From contig JBFMAF010000032.1 in the NCBI GenBank assembly GCA_040755995.1, forward strand, positions 289,306 through 353,305: a DNA stretch of 64,000 bases, in the 5' to 3' direction. Position 1 is the first letter of the stretch. The number at the start of each line of letters is the position of its first letter. The notes below the pieces were generated by a model. That model was not told the DNA's origin, searched no databases, and saw only the letters and a list, made by a program, of their open reading frames with translations. Made by a program: the position numbers and the translations under genes. This DNA is from Acidobacteriota bacterium. Its GTDB lineage: Bacteria; Acidobacteriota; CAIWXX01. Of the stretch, positions 9,104 to 18,921 are shown in pieces.

Positions 9104-10516
9104 ATGAGCCGGGACAGAGCAGAGCGCACCAAGATACTCCTGGTCGAAGATGACGACAGCATGCGCCGCGTCATCGAGTTCCACCTGAGTGAAGCCGGCT
9201 ACGACGTGTCGGGCGTGTCCGGGTTCGCCACGGCTCAGGATGCGCTCCCGGCCTCCGAGTTCAGTCTGCTGATCACCGACCTGCAGCTGGGGGATGGGAG
9301 CGGTCTGGAGCTTCTCCGCATCGCCGGGGCGACCGTGCCCGCGATCATCATCACTGCGTTCGCCACGGTGGAATCGGCCGTCGACGCGATGAAGATGGGC
9401 GCCAGCGATTATCTGATCAAACCGTTCGGCAAGGAACAGCTATTGATATCGGTGCAGAAGGCGCTCCGCTACAGCGCACTCCTTGCCGAGAACCGCCGCC
9501 TCCGGCTGCTCCTCGAATCCGACTTCGACAACGCGGGCATGCTCGGCACATCCGCGGTGATGCGCGATCTCTTTCGCGATGCGCTCCAGGCCGCCGCCAG
9601 CGATTCGACAATTCTGATCACGGGGGAGAGCGGCACCGGAAAGGAGCTGCTGGCCCGCGCCATTCACCTGAACAGCCCGCGCCGCGACGCTCCTTTCATC
9701 CCCGTGAGCTGCGCAGCCGTTCCGGAGAACCTGGTCGAGGCCGAGTTCTTCGGCTTCAAGAAGGGCGCTTTCACCGGAGCCGTGATGGACAAGCGCGGCA
9801 AGTTCGAGGAAGCCGATGGCGGCACGGTGTTCTTGGACGAAATCGGCGACATCCCCCCGTCGCTGCAGGTGAAGCTGCTGCGGCTGCTTCAGGAGCGCGA
9901 GATACAGAAAATCGGCGAGGCGAAGCCGCGCAAGGTGGACGTCCGAATCCTGGCGGCAACTAACAGGGACCTTGCGAAGCTGGTTGCCGAGAACGTGTTC
10001 CGCGAGGATCTATTCTACAGGCTCGCGGTCATCCCGCTCTGTGTGCAGCCGCTGCGCTACCGCAGGGACGACATCCCCGCGCTCGTCGATCATTTCCTGC
10101 GACGGAGCTGCGAGCGACTTGGACGCCCGCTGATCGCGATCGAGCCCGACGCCATGCGACTGCTGGAAGCGTATCGCTGGCCCGGCAACGTCCGCGAGCT
10201 GGAGAACAACATGGAGCGCCTGGTCGTGATGAATCGAACAGGGAGGGTGGCAGCGGAGGATCTGGCGGAGCAGATACGCGAGCCGGCCGCGGCAGCGCCG
10301 AGGCCGGTTTCACCCGGCGCGCCGCGAGGCGCTCTGCCGTTCGCCCTGCCGGCAGAGGGACTCCCGTTCGAGGAGCTTGAGCGCAGCGTGCTTCTTGCCG
10401 CCTTGGAGAAGCACGACTGGAACCAGAGCCAGGCAGCGCGCTACCTCGGGCTCACCCGCAACACGCTCCTCTACCGCATGCAGAAGTTCGGACTGAAGAA
10501 GCGCCAGCCGGCCTGA
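9104..10516 (+). CDS. Sigma54-dependent response regulator (NtrC family)
   Basis: Receiver domain, GESGTGKE, GAFTGA, FLDEIG, WPGNVREL, Fis-type HTH. Confidence 0.95.
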   Translation: MSRDRAERTKILLVEDDDSMRRVIEFHLSEAGYDVSGVSGFATAQDALPASEFSLLITDLQLGDGSGLELLRIAGATVPAIIITAFATVESAVDAMKMGASDYLIKPFGKEQLLISVQKALRYSALLAENRRLRLLLESDFDNAGMLGTSAVMRDLFRDALQAAASDSTILITGESGTGKELLARAIHLNSPRRDAPFIPVSCAAVPENLVEAEFFGFKKGAFTGAVMDKRGKFEEADGGTVFLDEIGDIPPSLQVKLLRLLQEREIQKIGEAKPRKVDVRILAATNRDLAKLVAENVFREDLFYRLAVIPLCVQPLRYRRDDIPALVDHFLRRSCERLGRPLIAIEPDAMRLLEAYRWPGNVRELENNMERLVVMNRTGRVAAEDLAEQIREPAAAAPRPVSPGAPRGALPFALPAEGLPFEELERSVLLAALEKHDWNQSQAARYLGLTRNTLLYRMQKFGLKKRQPA

Positions 10517-10686
10517 GGCGGAGAACATGAGTTCTCGTGGAGGCGCTGTGGATGACACACCGAGCTGCTCAGCATCGGGCCGTTTCACCCCGCGCTACAT
10601 GAGTCCGAGACGCGGCATTCTCATTCCGCCATGGACCAGTTGCGGCCCGGGCTCACGTTGACCGAAGCCCAGAAGGAGGGGTCGAC

Positions 10687-12726
10687 ATGAAGCAGCTATA
10701 CAATCTCTTCATCGCGCTGATGTTCGGGATCTGGATGATCGCAGGCTCCGAGCCGGCCGACGCTATGCGGGACGTCGCTGATTGTGCCGAGTGGTTTTCC
10801 GTGACGGCGACCTCGATGGACGGGTCCACCTGCCGCGCCAGCTCCGAGTCATGGACCAAGATCGGTCCAGAATCCGGGTACATCATCGACATTATGGTCG
10901 ACCCGGGGAATGCCGGAATTGTCTACGCCTCTGCGGGTCAGGGCGGGGTGTTCAAGAGCACAAACGGCGGAGGCGACTGGATGCCGGCGATCGCTGGTCT
11001 GCCGGACACGAACCTTGCGACGGTCTGGGCGGTCCTGCCGGACGGGGCCGGCTCGGTCTATGCAGCGACGCGCGGCAAGGGTGTCTACAAGAGCACGGAT
11101 GGCGGCGGCAGGTGGAGGCCTGTCAACAAAGGACTTGTGGGCAAGGACGTCCTGTCACTCGTAGCCAGCCCCGAGGCTTCGAGCACCATCTATGCAGCGA
11201 CTTCGGGAAAGGGCGTGATGAAGAGCACGAATGGAGGGGCGAATTGGAGCGCCGTCAACACTGGGCTGCCGGCCCAGGCCGTTGCTGTGATCCTTGTCGC
11301 CGATCGAGCGAATCCCGCAACAATATACGCCGCGCTTCCATCAGATGGCGTCTACAAGACGGTGAACGCCGGGCAGTCATGGACGGCCGTGAACACCGGC
11401 CTGCGCGAGTCGCACGATCTTCGCGCCCTGGCTATCTCACGCAGCTCCCCGTCAACTCTCTACGCCAACGACCTTACCGGGGTGTACAGGACTACCAACG
11501 GTGGGCAGCTCTGGTCGGCGACGTCGTACGCGTACCGGAACTACATCAACGACCTTGCGGTCGACGCGGAATCTCCGGAGATCATCTATGTCGCCGCCTC
11601 TGACGGTGTTTACAAGAGCACGGACGGCGGGGATACCTGGAGTGCGATCAGGAAGGGCCTCACCGTGCCGACGGCGCAGGCTCTGGCACACGACCCCACC
11701 GAGCCGTCGACGCTATATGTCGGAACCGAAGGAGGTGTCTTCAAGAGCACCAACAGCGGCTCGATCTGGAAGGAGGCCAACCGCGGACTCGAAGCAGCCC
11801 TGATAAGGGCGGTTGCACCGGATCCATCATCGAGCGGCACTGTGTACGTGGGGACGGCCGGCGGGGGGATATTCAAGACCACCGATAGCGGTGCAGCGTG
11901 GGCGATCAAGAACAACGGCTTGAAGAAGATCATGGCGCAGTACGACTACTCCCTGGCAGTCGACCCGTCCTCTCCGCAGATCGTCTACGCAGGCACATAC
12001 GGGGTGGGCATGTTCAAGAGCACGAACGGCGGAGGCAAATGGAAGGCGGTGAACAACGGCTTGGGCGATCCCCAATGGGCAAGCCGCGTCATCGCAATTG
12101 CCATTGACCCGGTTCACCCATCCACGCTGTATGCCGGGCAGGAGTCTGTCGGCGTATTCAAGAGCACGGATGCTGGTGCGAGCTGGGTTGCAGCGAACAC
12201 CGGCCTCACCGAGACAAAGGTAAGAGGCCTTTGCGTCGATCCGATCAGTCCCAGCACGGTCTACGCGGCGATCTATTCGGGAGGCGTATTCAAGAGCACC
12301 AACGGCGGGGGAAGCTGGTACGCCGCCAGCGACGGGCTGGTCTCGCTCAATTTCTCGGGCATGGCGATCAATCCGGCGTCGCCCGCGACGGTCTACGTGT
12401 ATACGTGGGACTCGGGCGTATTCAAGACCACAAACGGCGGGACGAACTGGAATGCTGCCAACACGGGCCTGACGAGCGCGGCCGCGCGCGATGTCCGATG
12501 CATGGCGATCAATCCGGCAACACCCAGCACCGTATATGTCGGTACCTACGGCGCCGGAGTCTTCAGGAGTACCGACGGCGGCGCAAAGTGGACCGCCCTC
12601 AACGCGGGGCTGGGAGTCAAGTACGTGCGGGCAATCGCCGTCGATCCGGTCACCTCTGAACTGGTCTACGCCGGGACCAACGGCCAGGGCGTCTACAAGC
12701 TGGGTCCGCCGGGGCGGCTGCGATAG
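10687..12726 (+). CDS. Secreted BNR/Asp-box repeat beta-propeller protein
   Basis: Signal peptide and many GVFKSTNGGxxW repeats. Confidence 0.85.
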   Translation: MKQLYNLFIALMFGIWMIAGSEPADAMRDVADCAEWFSVTATSMDGSTCRASSESWTKIGPESGYIIDIMVDPGNAGIVYASAGQGGVFKSTNGGGDWMPAIAGLPDTNLATVWAVLPDGAGSVYAATRGKGVYKSTDGGGRWRPVNKGLVGKDVLSLVASPEASSTIYAATSGKGVMKSTNGGANWSAVNTGLPAQAVAVILVADRANPATIYAALPSDGVYKTVNAGQSWTAVNTGLRESHDLRALAISRSSPSTLYANDLTGVYRTTNGGQLWSATSYAYRNYINDLAVDAESPEIIYVAASDGVYKSTDGGDTWSAIRKGLTVPTAQALAHDPTEPSTLYVGTEGGVFKSTNSGSIWKEANRGLEAALIRAVAPDPSSSGTVYVGTAGGGIFKTTDSGAAWAIKNNGLKKIMAQYDYSLAVDPSSPQIVYAGTYGVGMFKSTNGGGKWKAVNNGLGDPQWASRVIAIAIDPVHPSTLYAGQESVGVFKSTDAGASWVAANTGLTETKVRGLCVDPISPSTVYAAIYSGGVFKSTNGGGSWYAASDGLVSLNFSGMAINPASPATVYVYTWDSGVFKTTNGGTNWNAANTGLTSAAARDVRCMAINPATPSTVYVGTYGAGVFRSTDGGAKWTALNAGLGVKYVRAIAVDPVTSELVYAGTNGQGVYKLGPPGRLR

Positions 12727-12956
12727 CGGTGCGGCTCCCGCCGTACTACTCGCACGCCTGCTTCGTCATCTGAAAATCGACGGCCCGCGCGGGTTGGCCG
12801 TTGGCGCCTTGTATGCTAGATTGGATCGAAGACGATTGTTTAGGCAGGCAGGAGGGACGGCTCGGTGAATGGGACTCTTGGCGAGACCAGAGAGAGCCAC
12901 GATGCGCCCAACGAACACCTGGCGCTCCCGAAGAATCTCCGCCTGGCTTCCAGGTG

Positions 12957-13730
12957 ATGGCGAACGAACAATCGAACGTCAGACGCTTTTTCAAGCGCTC
13001 TGAGCTGCTCGTACAGATCGTGCGGCGAGTTCGGCGCCGGTACCGGCGGATCAGAGGTGTCGTGAGACGAGGCGGGCAGACCAGACGGTACCTTCGGGAG
13101 CTCTCCGTGCGGAAGCTCCAGCTCGGCGCCGGGCGCAACCTCCTCGACGGCTGGCTCAACACCGATTTCAACCCGACCACCCCGGCACACGTCTATGTCG
13201 ACGCGAGGGATCCGCTTCCGTTCGGCGACCGCATATTCGACTATATCTTCACCGAGCACCTGATCGAGCACCTCTCGTTCGATCACGGTGCCCGGATGCT
13301 CGCGGAGTGCCGGCGCGTATTGCGACCAGGCGGTTGGCTCCGCGTGGCGACACCCGATCTGGGAGCGCTCATCGGGCTCTACGGGCCGCACAAGACCGAC
13401 ATGCAACTCCGCTACGTGAGATGGATCGCGGACAACTTCCTACCGGCTGGCGACGGTCCCCACGAGGTGTTCGTCATCAACAATGCCTTTCATAACTATG
13501 GCCACAAGTTCCTCTATGATTTCTCTGCCCTGCGATACTCCCTGGAAAAGGCAGGTTTCGTCTCGATCAAGAGATGCGTTCCTGGGGAGAGCGACGACGT
13601 AGCGCTTCGCGGCATCGAGTCGCACGGCAGGGACGTGGGCGACGAGGAGATGAACCGATTCGAGACGATGGTTGTGGAGGCCAGACGCCCGGCCGAGCAG
13701 GCAGCCCCAGCGCCACACAGCGCTTCATGA
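12957..13730 (+). CDS. Class I SAM-dependent methyltransferase domain protein
   Basis: LQLGAG, LPFGDRIFDYIFTEHLIEHL, ECRRVLRPGG; start uncertain. Confidence 0.8.
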   Translation: MANEQSNVRRFFKRSELLVQIVRRVRRRYRRIRGVVRRGGQTRRYLRELSVRKLQLGAGRNLLDGWLNTDFNPTTPAHVYVDARDPLPFGDRIFDYIFTEHLIEHLSFDHGARMLAECRRVLRPGGWLRVATPDLGALIGLYGPHKTDMQLRYVRWIADNFLPAGDGPHEVFVINNAFHNYGHKFLYDFSALRYSLEKAGFVSIKRCVPGESDDVALRGIESHGRDVGDEEMNRFETMVVEARRPAEQAAPAPHSAS

Positions 13731-13744
13731 GTCCACAACAGGTT

Positions 13745-14698
13745 TCAACGTGTCGACGTGGCCCGTGACGCTGCTTGGACGGCTCCCCTGGCCGCCATGA
13801 GCGCGCGCAGGTTGCGGCCCAACACGTCTCCCATGGCAGGTTGGCCGAGCCATGCCAGCTTGTGACGGATCCCAGTCTCGGGACCATAGCCATCCGGCGC
13901 CGACTCTCCGAGGAGCGAGCGCGTGTCGGCTGCGGAGAAGCTCAGCGCAGTCCTCTCGATTGGCAGCTCCGGGTTGGCCGGGCAGATGCGCTGGCACAGC
14001 AGGCAGCCGATCATGCAGTGATGCGAGGACCCAGGGAGTCCGGCGGGCCATTCGCCGGCATTCTCGTTGAGATGCGTCAGACAGCGCTCGCCGTGCAAGA
14101 GCACACGATCGTCGCCGATGGCGCCGGTCGGACACGCCGCGAGGCACGCCGCGCAATTCTCGCACTCGGCCAGAAGCTCCGGCTCGCACGGGCTCCAACC
14201 CTGCGGGACCGGCAGCCGGGCGCCGGTCAGGTACCCGCAGAGTTGCATGTAACTGCCGAAGTCCTCGGCGTATGCAATGTTATTGCGGCCGTACCGGACG
14301 AGTCCGAGCCGCGCCGCAACCGCTTTCAGCGGCCAGACGAAATGCTCGACCCGCGCGCCAGCCAGGCCGCTGGTCTCCAGATCCTGGCGTACCTCCTCGA
14401 AGGTCTGCCGATACCGGAAATATGTCGGCGGCAGCAGCGCCTCGAAGCGCGCACCGTCCACTTCGAAACCAATCAGGTGCGCGGGACGCGGCATCGACAC
14501 GACAACCACCGTCCCGCAGTCCCGCAACGGCTCACCCCTGGCAAGCGCCTGCAGCTCGCCCCGGTAGAATTCCTCATCCAGCTCGGCCGAAGCGTGCCTC
14601 CGGGCGATCTCCGCCCGCGCCTCCTGCACCACCTCCGCCGGCCCCCACGCCACACTGTAGCCGCGCTCACGCGCCCACCGCAGCAATGCGTCGATCAT
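13745..14698 (-). CDS. QueG (epoxyqueuosine reductase)-like double 4Fe-4S protein
   Basis: GLVRYGRNN, CENCAACLAACPTGAI, ERCLT, GCLLCQRICPAN; RBS AAGGAGG. Confidence 0.78.
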   Translation of the reverse strand: MIDALLRWARERGYSVAWGPAEVVQEARAEIARRHASAELDEEFYRGELQALARGEPLRDCGTVVVVSMPRPAHLIGFEVDGARFEALLPPTYFRYRQTFEEVRQDLETSGLAGARVEHFVWPLKAVAARLGLVRYGRNNIAYAEDFGSYMQLCGYLTGARLPVPQGWSPCEPELLAECENCAACLAACPTGAIGDDRVLLHGERCLTHLNENAGEWPAGLPGSSHHCMIGCLLCQRICPANPELPIERTALSFSAADTRSLLGESAPDGYGPETGIRHKLAWLGQPAMGDVLGRNLRALMAARGAVQAASRATSTR

Positions 14699-14760
14699 GA
14701 CTGCCTCCTTGCACAAGTCGTTTGTAACGCCCTATTCAGGTGAACGGTCATTACATCTTT

Positions 14761-14789
14761 ACAATAGTGCAATTCTGTGAAATAGTCAA
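14761..14789 (-). promoter_or_regulatory. Sigma70-type promoter of the QueG-like gene
   Basis: Minus strand TTGACT-N17-TATTGT. Confidence 0.6.
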
Positions 14790-14810
14790 GGGGGACGATT
14801 GGTAATTACG

Positions 14811-15377
14811 ATGAGTGATCCGCTCTGGGCCGACCTGCTGAATTCGGACTGGCACGACCATCTGGGCAGCGGCAGGCGGGAGGAGCGTCTGGAGAACGAC
14901 GCGTGGCTGTCGGCCTTTCTGGCGCGGATGGCGTGGAAGGGACCGTTGCCGTCCGCGAGGGAACGGGGCCGCCTGCGGCGCCTCCGCGTGCTGCTGTGCC
15001 GCATCGTCGAGGCAGTGCGTGCGGGCGGAAGGGTGGATGCTAAGGACATCGCATTGCTCAACGGCGCCCTCGCCGAGTCTCCGCTTGCCCGACGCATCGA
15101 GCGAACGCGCGGTGGATGGTCGATCACGACCGCGCCCGTTTCAGGCGGCATCGACGGTGTGGTCGCGGAGCTGGCTAGCTCGTTCGCGTCGATGCTCGCC
15201 GACGGAGACCCGTCGCGCATCAGGATCTGCGCCAACCGCGACTGCAATTGGGTGTTCTACGACTGGAGCCGGAACCGCACACGGCGGTGGTGCAACGCGG
15301 CCGAGTGCGGCAACCTGATAAAGGTGAGGCGCTTCCGCGAACGCCACCGCGCCCGGCGGAAGCTCCCCGTGCGGTGA
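14811..15377 (+). CDS. CGNR zinc-finger (ABATE-domain) protein, putative regulator
   Basis: DLLNS N-terminus; RICANRDCNWVFYDWSRNRTRRWCNAAECGNLIKVRRFR. Confidence 0.88.
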   Translation: MSDPLWADLLNSDWHDHLGSGRREERLENDAWLSAFLARMAWKGPLPSARERGRLRRLRVLLCRIVEAVRAGGRVDAKDIALLNGALAESPLARRIERTRGGWSITTAPVSGGIDGVVAELASSFASMLADGDPSRIRICANRDCNWVFYDWSRNRTRRWCNAAECGNLIKVRRFRERHRARRKLPVR

Positions 15378-15609
15378 GGCGCGGCCCGATGGCGGTCGGG
15401 CGGACTCAGTGCACGCCGGGACGAGCATAACTGCCACTCGGCATCTCGTCCCGCAGATGCGCCGGCTCATCCCACCCGGCGAAACTACCACCGGGAGGAC
15501 CGCGTATCCGCCAGACGTGAAAAGCGACTCTCTTTCGCGCACGATCGGCAGGATGCGTCGGACCGCGCGAGCGAGTCGCCCCGGGTCAATAGACTTCGCA
15601 GGAGACACC

Positions 15610-16122
15610 ATGACAAAGACCAGGATGTGTTGGGAAGCCATCGCGACTCTGTGCATGCTGACACTGCTGTTCGCTGCCTCGTCGATATCAGCTGGCGGAG
15701 ATCGGGCTGCGCTCGCCAAAGAAATCAGCCAGGCCGTCCGTGACTACATTGAGTTCATCGACGCCGGGGATCTCGATCGGCAGATGAGCTTCTGGAGTAC
15801 GGACCCCGAAGCCACCTCGGTTATCATGGGTGAGATCTGGACAGGCGTGGCGAACATTCGAGTCCGATCCGCCGAGTACGTCCCGGTGTCGAAGGTCATG
15901 CGGAATGAACTGGGCGAGATCCGGGTCGTGGCTCTCGGTGCGGACACCGCCCTTGCCGTCGTGCCGTACCGTTCAGTCCGCCGCAACCCCGCGGACGAGA
16001 GGCTCAAGCCGTTCGAGCTTGACTCCATGCTTACCTTGGTCTGGAAGCGAACGCCCGAGGGCTGGCGAATCATCCACGAGCACGTCAGCGTCAAGGTCCC
16101 GCCTCCGGCCGTCACGCAGTAA
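15610..16122 (+). CDS. Secreted NTF2-like (SnoaL/DUF4440) protein
   Basis: Signal peptide; C-terminal TLVWKRTPEGWRIIHEHVS. Confidence 0.8.
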   Translation: MTKTRMCWEAIATLCMLTLLFAASSISAGGDRAALAKEISQAVRDYIEFIDAGDLDRQMSFWSTDPEATSVIMGEIWTGVANIRVRSAEYVPVSKVMRNELGEIRVVALGADTALAVVPYRSVRRNPADERLKPFELDSMLTLVWKRTPEGWRIIHEHVSVKVPPPAVTQ

Positions 16123-16194
16123 TGTCGAGCGAACCAGCCGTCGCGATCAGTCCACGCGATGAGGCTTCGAGGTCCTGGACGCTCGCGATCCCGA

Positions 16195-17925
16195 TCACCT
16201 CGCGGCGCCGACCTGGTAGATCTCGATCGTGGGATTCAGGATGACATCGTTGCCGTCGAACACCGCGAGCCGCCGCGCGTCCAGCCTGCGCAGCAGGCGA
16301 TCGTAGCGTGCCTCGTTCTCCAGGTTGCGGGTGTAAATGGATCTGCTGAGCAGCAGGTACCGGAGGTCGACCCTGAGAAGATCGCTGGCCGTCGTGTCGA
16401 CTGCCCGATTCCTCCGGATGGCCCTGGTATACCTCTGCGGCAGGAACGGCGTCCTCTCTTCCAGAAGGATCGCTGCGCCCGCGTCGATATTTGCATCGAT
16501 CCAGGCGCGCGCCTGCGCCGGCGCCGAGGGGGCTCTGTAGTGATGTAGCCACCTGATCTGGCTGCGGACGGGCGAGAAGAAGAACAGCGACATGCTCGCG
16601 ACCCAGATGCCGATCGATGCCTTTCTGGGCAGCCACTGGGAGATGGCCCCCATTACGCGCACGAGACCGTGCGCCGCCAGCAACGCGTAGATCGGCACCG
16701 CCGGCCCCATATAGCGACCGAAGCCGCTCGGATAGGCGCCTACGAAACCGAGGTGCAGGAACACGAAGCCGAAGAGTAGCAGGCGCCTGGTATGGAATGC
16801 TGCGATGTCAGCGAGGGCACATGCTGTGAAGAACAGCCCTGCCGCATATCCGAATCCGTGTACCAATCCTCCGGCATATTGTAGTGCAGTGGTTCCCCCG
16901 GTCGACCCGATGCCCCAACCGACATTGGCTACCGCCATGTGAATGCGCTCGCCGAATTGAGTGGCGAAGGTGCCGAGATCCAAGAGCGCATATGGGGACA
17001 CGGCGAAGAACCCGGCGGTCGTGGCCGCCAACGCACAAGCTGCCAGCACGATGCGCTGCTTGCGCGCTCCGAGAAGCGCGCCCGCCACGACGACGGGCAC
17101 GAGACTGGCGCAATAGTACATCGTGGACACCGCCAGTCCAGCCAGCGCGCCCGCCGCAAGGATGAGGTACGTCGAGCCCAGGTCGACGAATTCGAGAAGG
17201 GCCCAGAGCGCCAGTGCGACGAGGAGCGGGGCGATGCTGTGGAAGCTGGCGAGGCGCCCTTCGGCGACGGACACCGGAGACAGGGCGATCAGGAGGGCTC
17301 CGATCGCCGCAGCGCCTTTCGTCGCGACTCTCCTGCCGATCGCATACACCACCGGCACGGTGGCCGCGCTGGAGACTGCGGACAGCAGGCGCGCGTAGTA
17401 GTACGGGACGTATGACGGCAGGTCGCCGAAGTGCGCGCAAACGCCCGCACCGGCCTCGCGGAAGTAGCCGATCAGCAGGGTCAGCGCGGCAAGGTAGTAG
17501 CCGAAGGAAGGGTAGTGGAAGAAATGAGGATTCAGATCGCCCGTGGTGATGATTCGAGTCGCAGGATAGACAACCGCCTCCTCGTCGACCCCAGTGCAGA
17601 ACGGAAGCCCGAAGTAGAGGCCTGCGCGGCGCACGGCGAAGGCCAGAACGGTCAGTGCACCGAGCAGACATACCTCCCAGTACCTGCGCCAGATCTCGTG
17701 GAGCTGCCTCGATGTGAAGCGATAGCGCCACCAGAGCGCCACGGACACAAGCGCGGATGAGAGCACGAGGTCAAGCCATCGAGGCGCCCAGAAAAAGAGC
17801 GCAGAGTGGCGCAGCACCAACGCGCTGATCAGGTTCAAGATCGCGGCTGCGGCCCGCCAGCCAGGTCCACCACTCGATGTGATCACAGGGCTGCCATGAT
17901 AGCACGCACTGGCAGCGCAATCCAC
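16195..17925 (-). CDS. GT-C fold glycosyltransferase (family 39/ArnT-like), polytopic membrane protein
   Basis: DE motif (VDEEAVV), LNPHFFHYPS, ARLLSA, many TM helices; start uncertain. Confidence 0.75.
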   Translation of the reverse strand: MDCAASACYHGSPVITSSGGPGWRAAAAILNLISALVLRHSALFFWAPRWLDLVLSSALVSVALWWRYRFTSRQLHEIWRRYWEVCLLGALTVLAFAVRRAGLYFGLPFCTGVDEEAVVYPATRIITTGDLNPHFFHYPSFGYYLAALTLLIGYFREAGAGVCAHFGDLPSYVPYYYARLLSAVSSAATVPVVYAIGRRVATKGAAAIGALLIALSPVSVAEGRLASFHSIAPLLVALALWALLEFVDLGSTYLILAAGALAGLAVSTMYYCASLVPVVVAGALLGARKQRIVLAACALAATTAGFFAVSPYALLDLGTFATQFGERIHMAVANVGWGIGSTGGTTALQYAGGLVHGFGYAAGLFFTACALADIAAFHTRRLLLFGFVFLHLGFVGAYPSGFGRYMGPAVPIYALLAAHGLVRVMGAISQWLPRKASIGIWVASMSLFFFSPVRSQIRWLHHYRAPSAPAQARAWIDANIDAGAAILLEERTPFLPQRYTRAIRRNRAVDTTASDLLRVDLRYLLLSRSIYTRNLENEARYDRLLRRLDARRLAVFDGNDVILNPTIEIYQVGAAR

Positions 17926-17976
17926 GCATCGAGCGAGCTTGCGTTCGCGTGTGCGCGGGAGCCAGCCGTCCCGGTT

Positions 17977-18882
17977 TCAGTGGGCTATGCGGAGAATGCA
18001 GTACAACAGAAACAACAGAAAATCGACGATATCGCCTGCGTCGGGGGATCCCCATTCGATGGTCGGCCATGATGTCCCAGCTGACTTTCGTGCGGTGTCT
18101 GAGTGCTTCGGCGCGCATTCCCTGTTCGCACGGGTTCGAAAAGCAGGAGAAGCCACGTCCAGGTCCCTGATGTCCCTCAGGCCGCCAGCCGCCACGAAGT
18201 CCGCGATCTTGCGCAGCTCCCCCTGGTCGAGCCAGATCCCGTGCTTCGCGCACTCATCCACAATCACCCCGCTGACGTGTGCGAAGTTCAGGCGCGTCAT
18301 GTGCTCGGAGCATCTCGGGCAACAGACGAAGAGATCCGGGCCGGCGCTATCCTCATTCGATACCGCCCTGGCGCGCTCCGCGCAGGGTGTGAACCCAAAT
18401 CGCCGAGCCTGGCGATCCACGAGATGCTCGAAGACGTCCGTCTCTATCCAGAGTCCCTCGCAATCCGGGCAGCTGTGCACGAACAACCGGCGAACGGGGC
18501 GCTTGAATAGTTGCTGCGTTCGGCATCGAGGACATCGCAGCGAGCCCGGAGCCGGATCGGGGGCCACCGGATCGATCGCCCTGCCGCACGACTGGCAGAA
18601 GCGGCTGTCGCGCGCCGTGCGGCAGAAGCAGAAGGGGCACATCCAGACCAGGCGCGACGGTTCCATCGTGGGGAAGCTGCCGCACGAATCGCACGCGGCA
18701 AGCGATGCGGCGCGCGGCGATCCGCACGTCTCGCAATAGGAGAATGACGGAGGGCGCGGTCTCGCAGTCTGAACGCGGATCTCTGAGCCGCAGCGGCATT
18801 TCAGGACCTCGCCCGCCGCACGCGATGCCAGGTCCCACTGGAGACCACACTGCGGGCAGGCCGCGATGCGCTTCAGTCCCAT
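17977..18882 (-). CDS. Multi zinc-ribbon protein (zf-TFIIB-like repeats)
   Basis: About ten CxxC/CxC/CxxH pairs; CPDCEGLWI and CAKHGIWLDQGEL motifs. Confidence 0.75.
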   Translation of the reverse strand: MGLKRIAACPQCGLQWDLASRAAGEVLKCRCGSEIRVQTARPRPPSFSYCETCGSPRAASLAACDSCGSFPTMEPSRLVWMCPFCFCRTARDSRFCQSCGRAIDPVAPDPAPGSLRCPRCRTQQLFKRPVRRLFVHSCPDCEGLWIETDVFEHLVDRQARRFGFTPCAERARAVSNEDSAGPDLFVCCPRCSEHMTRLNFAHVSGVIVDECAKHGIWLDQGELRKIADFVAAGGLRDIRDLDVASPAFRTRANRECAPKHSDTARKSAGTSWPTIEWGSPDAGDIVDFLLFLLYCILRIAH

Positions 18883-18921
18883 CGACTTGCAGAGGGCAGC
18901 GCGTCACGAGCCATCGTCCGC

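Noticed and set aside
10520..10680. Sigma54 promoter or activator sites downstream of the NtrC-family gene
   Set aside because: ACATGAGT occurs twice, but I found no correctly spaced GG-N10-GC element with consensus context
10687..12726. Regularly spaced DNA repeats (TTCAAGAGCAC...GGCGG) suggestive of a CRISPR array
   Set aside because: They are degenerate in-frame codon repeats of BNR/Asp-box motifs within one ORF; no cas genes
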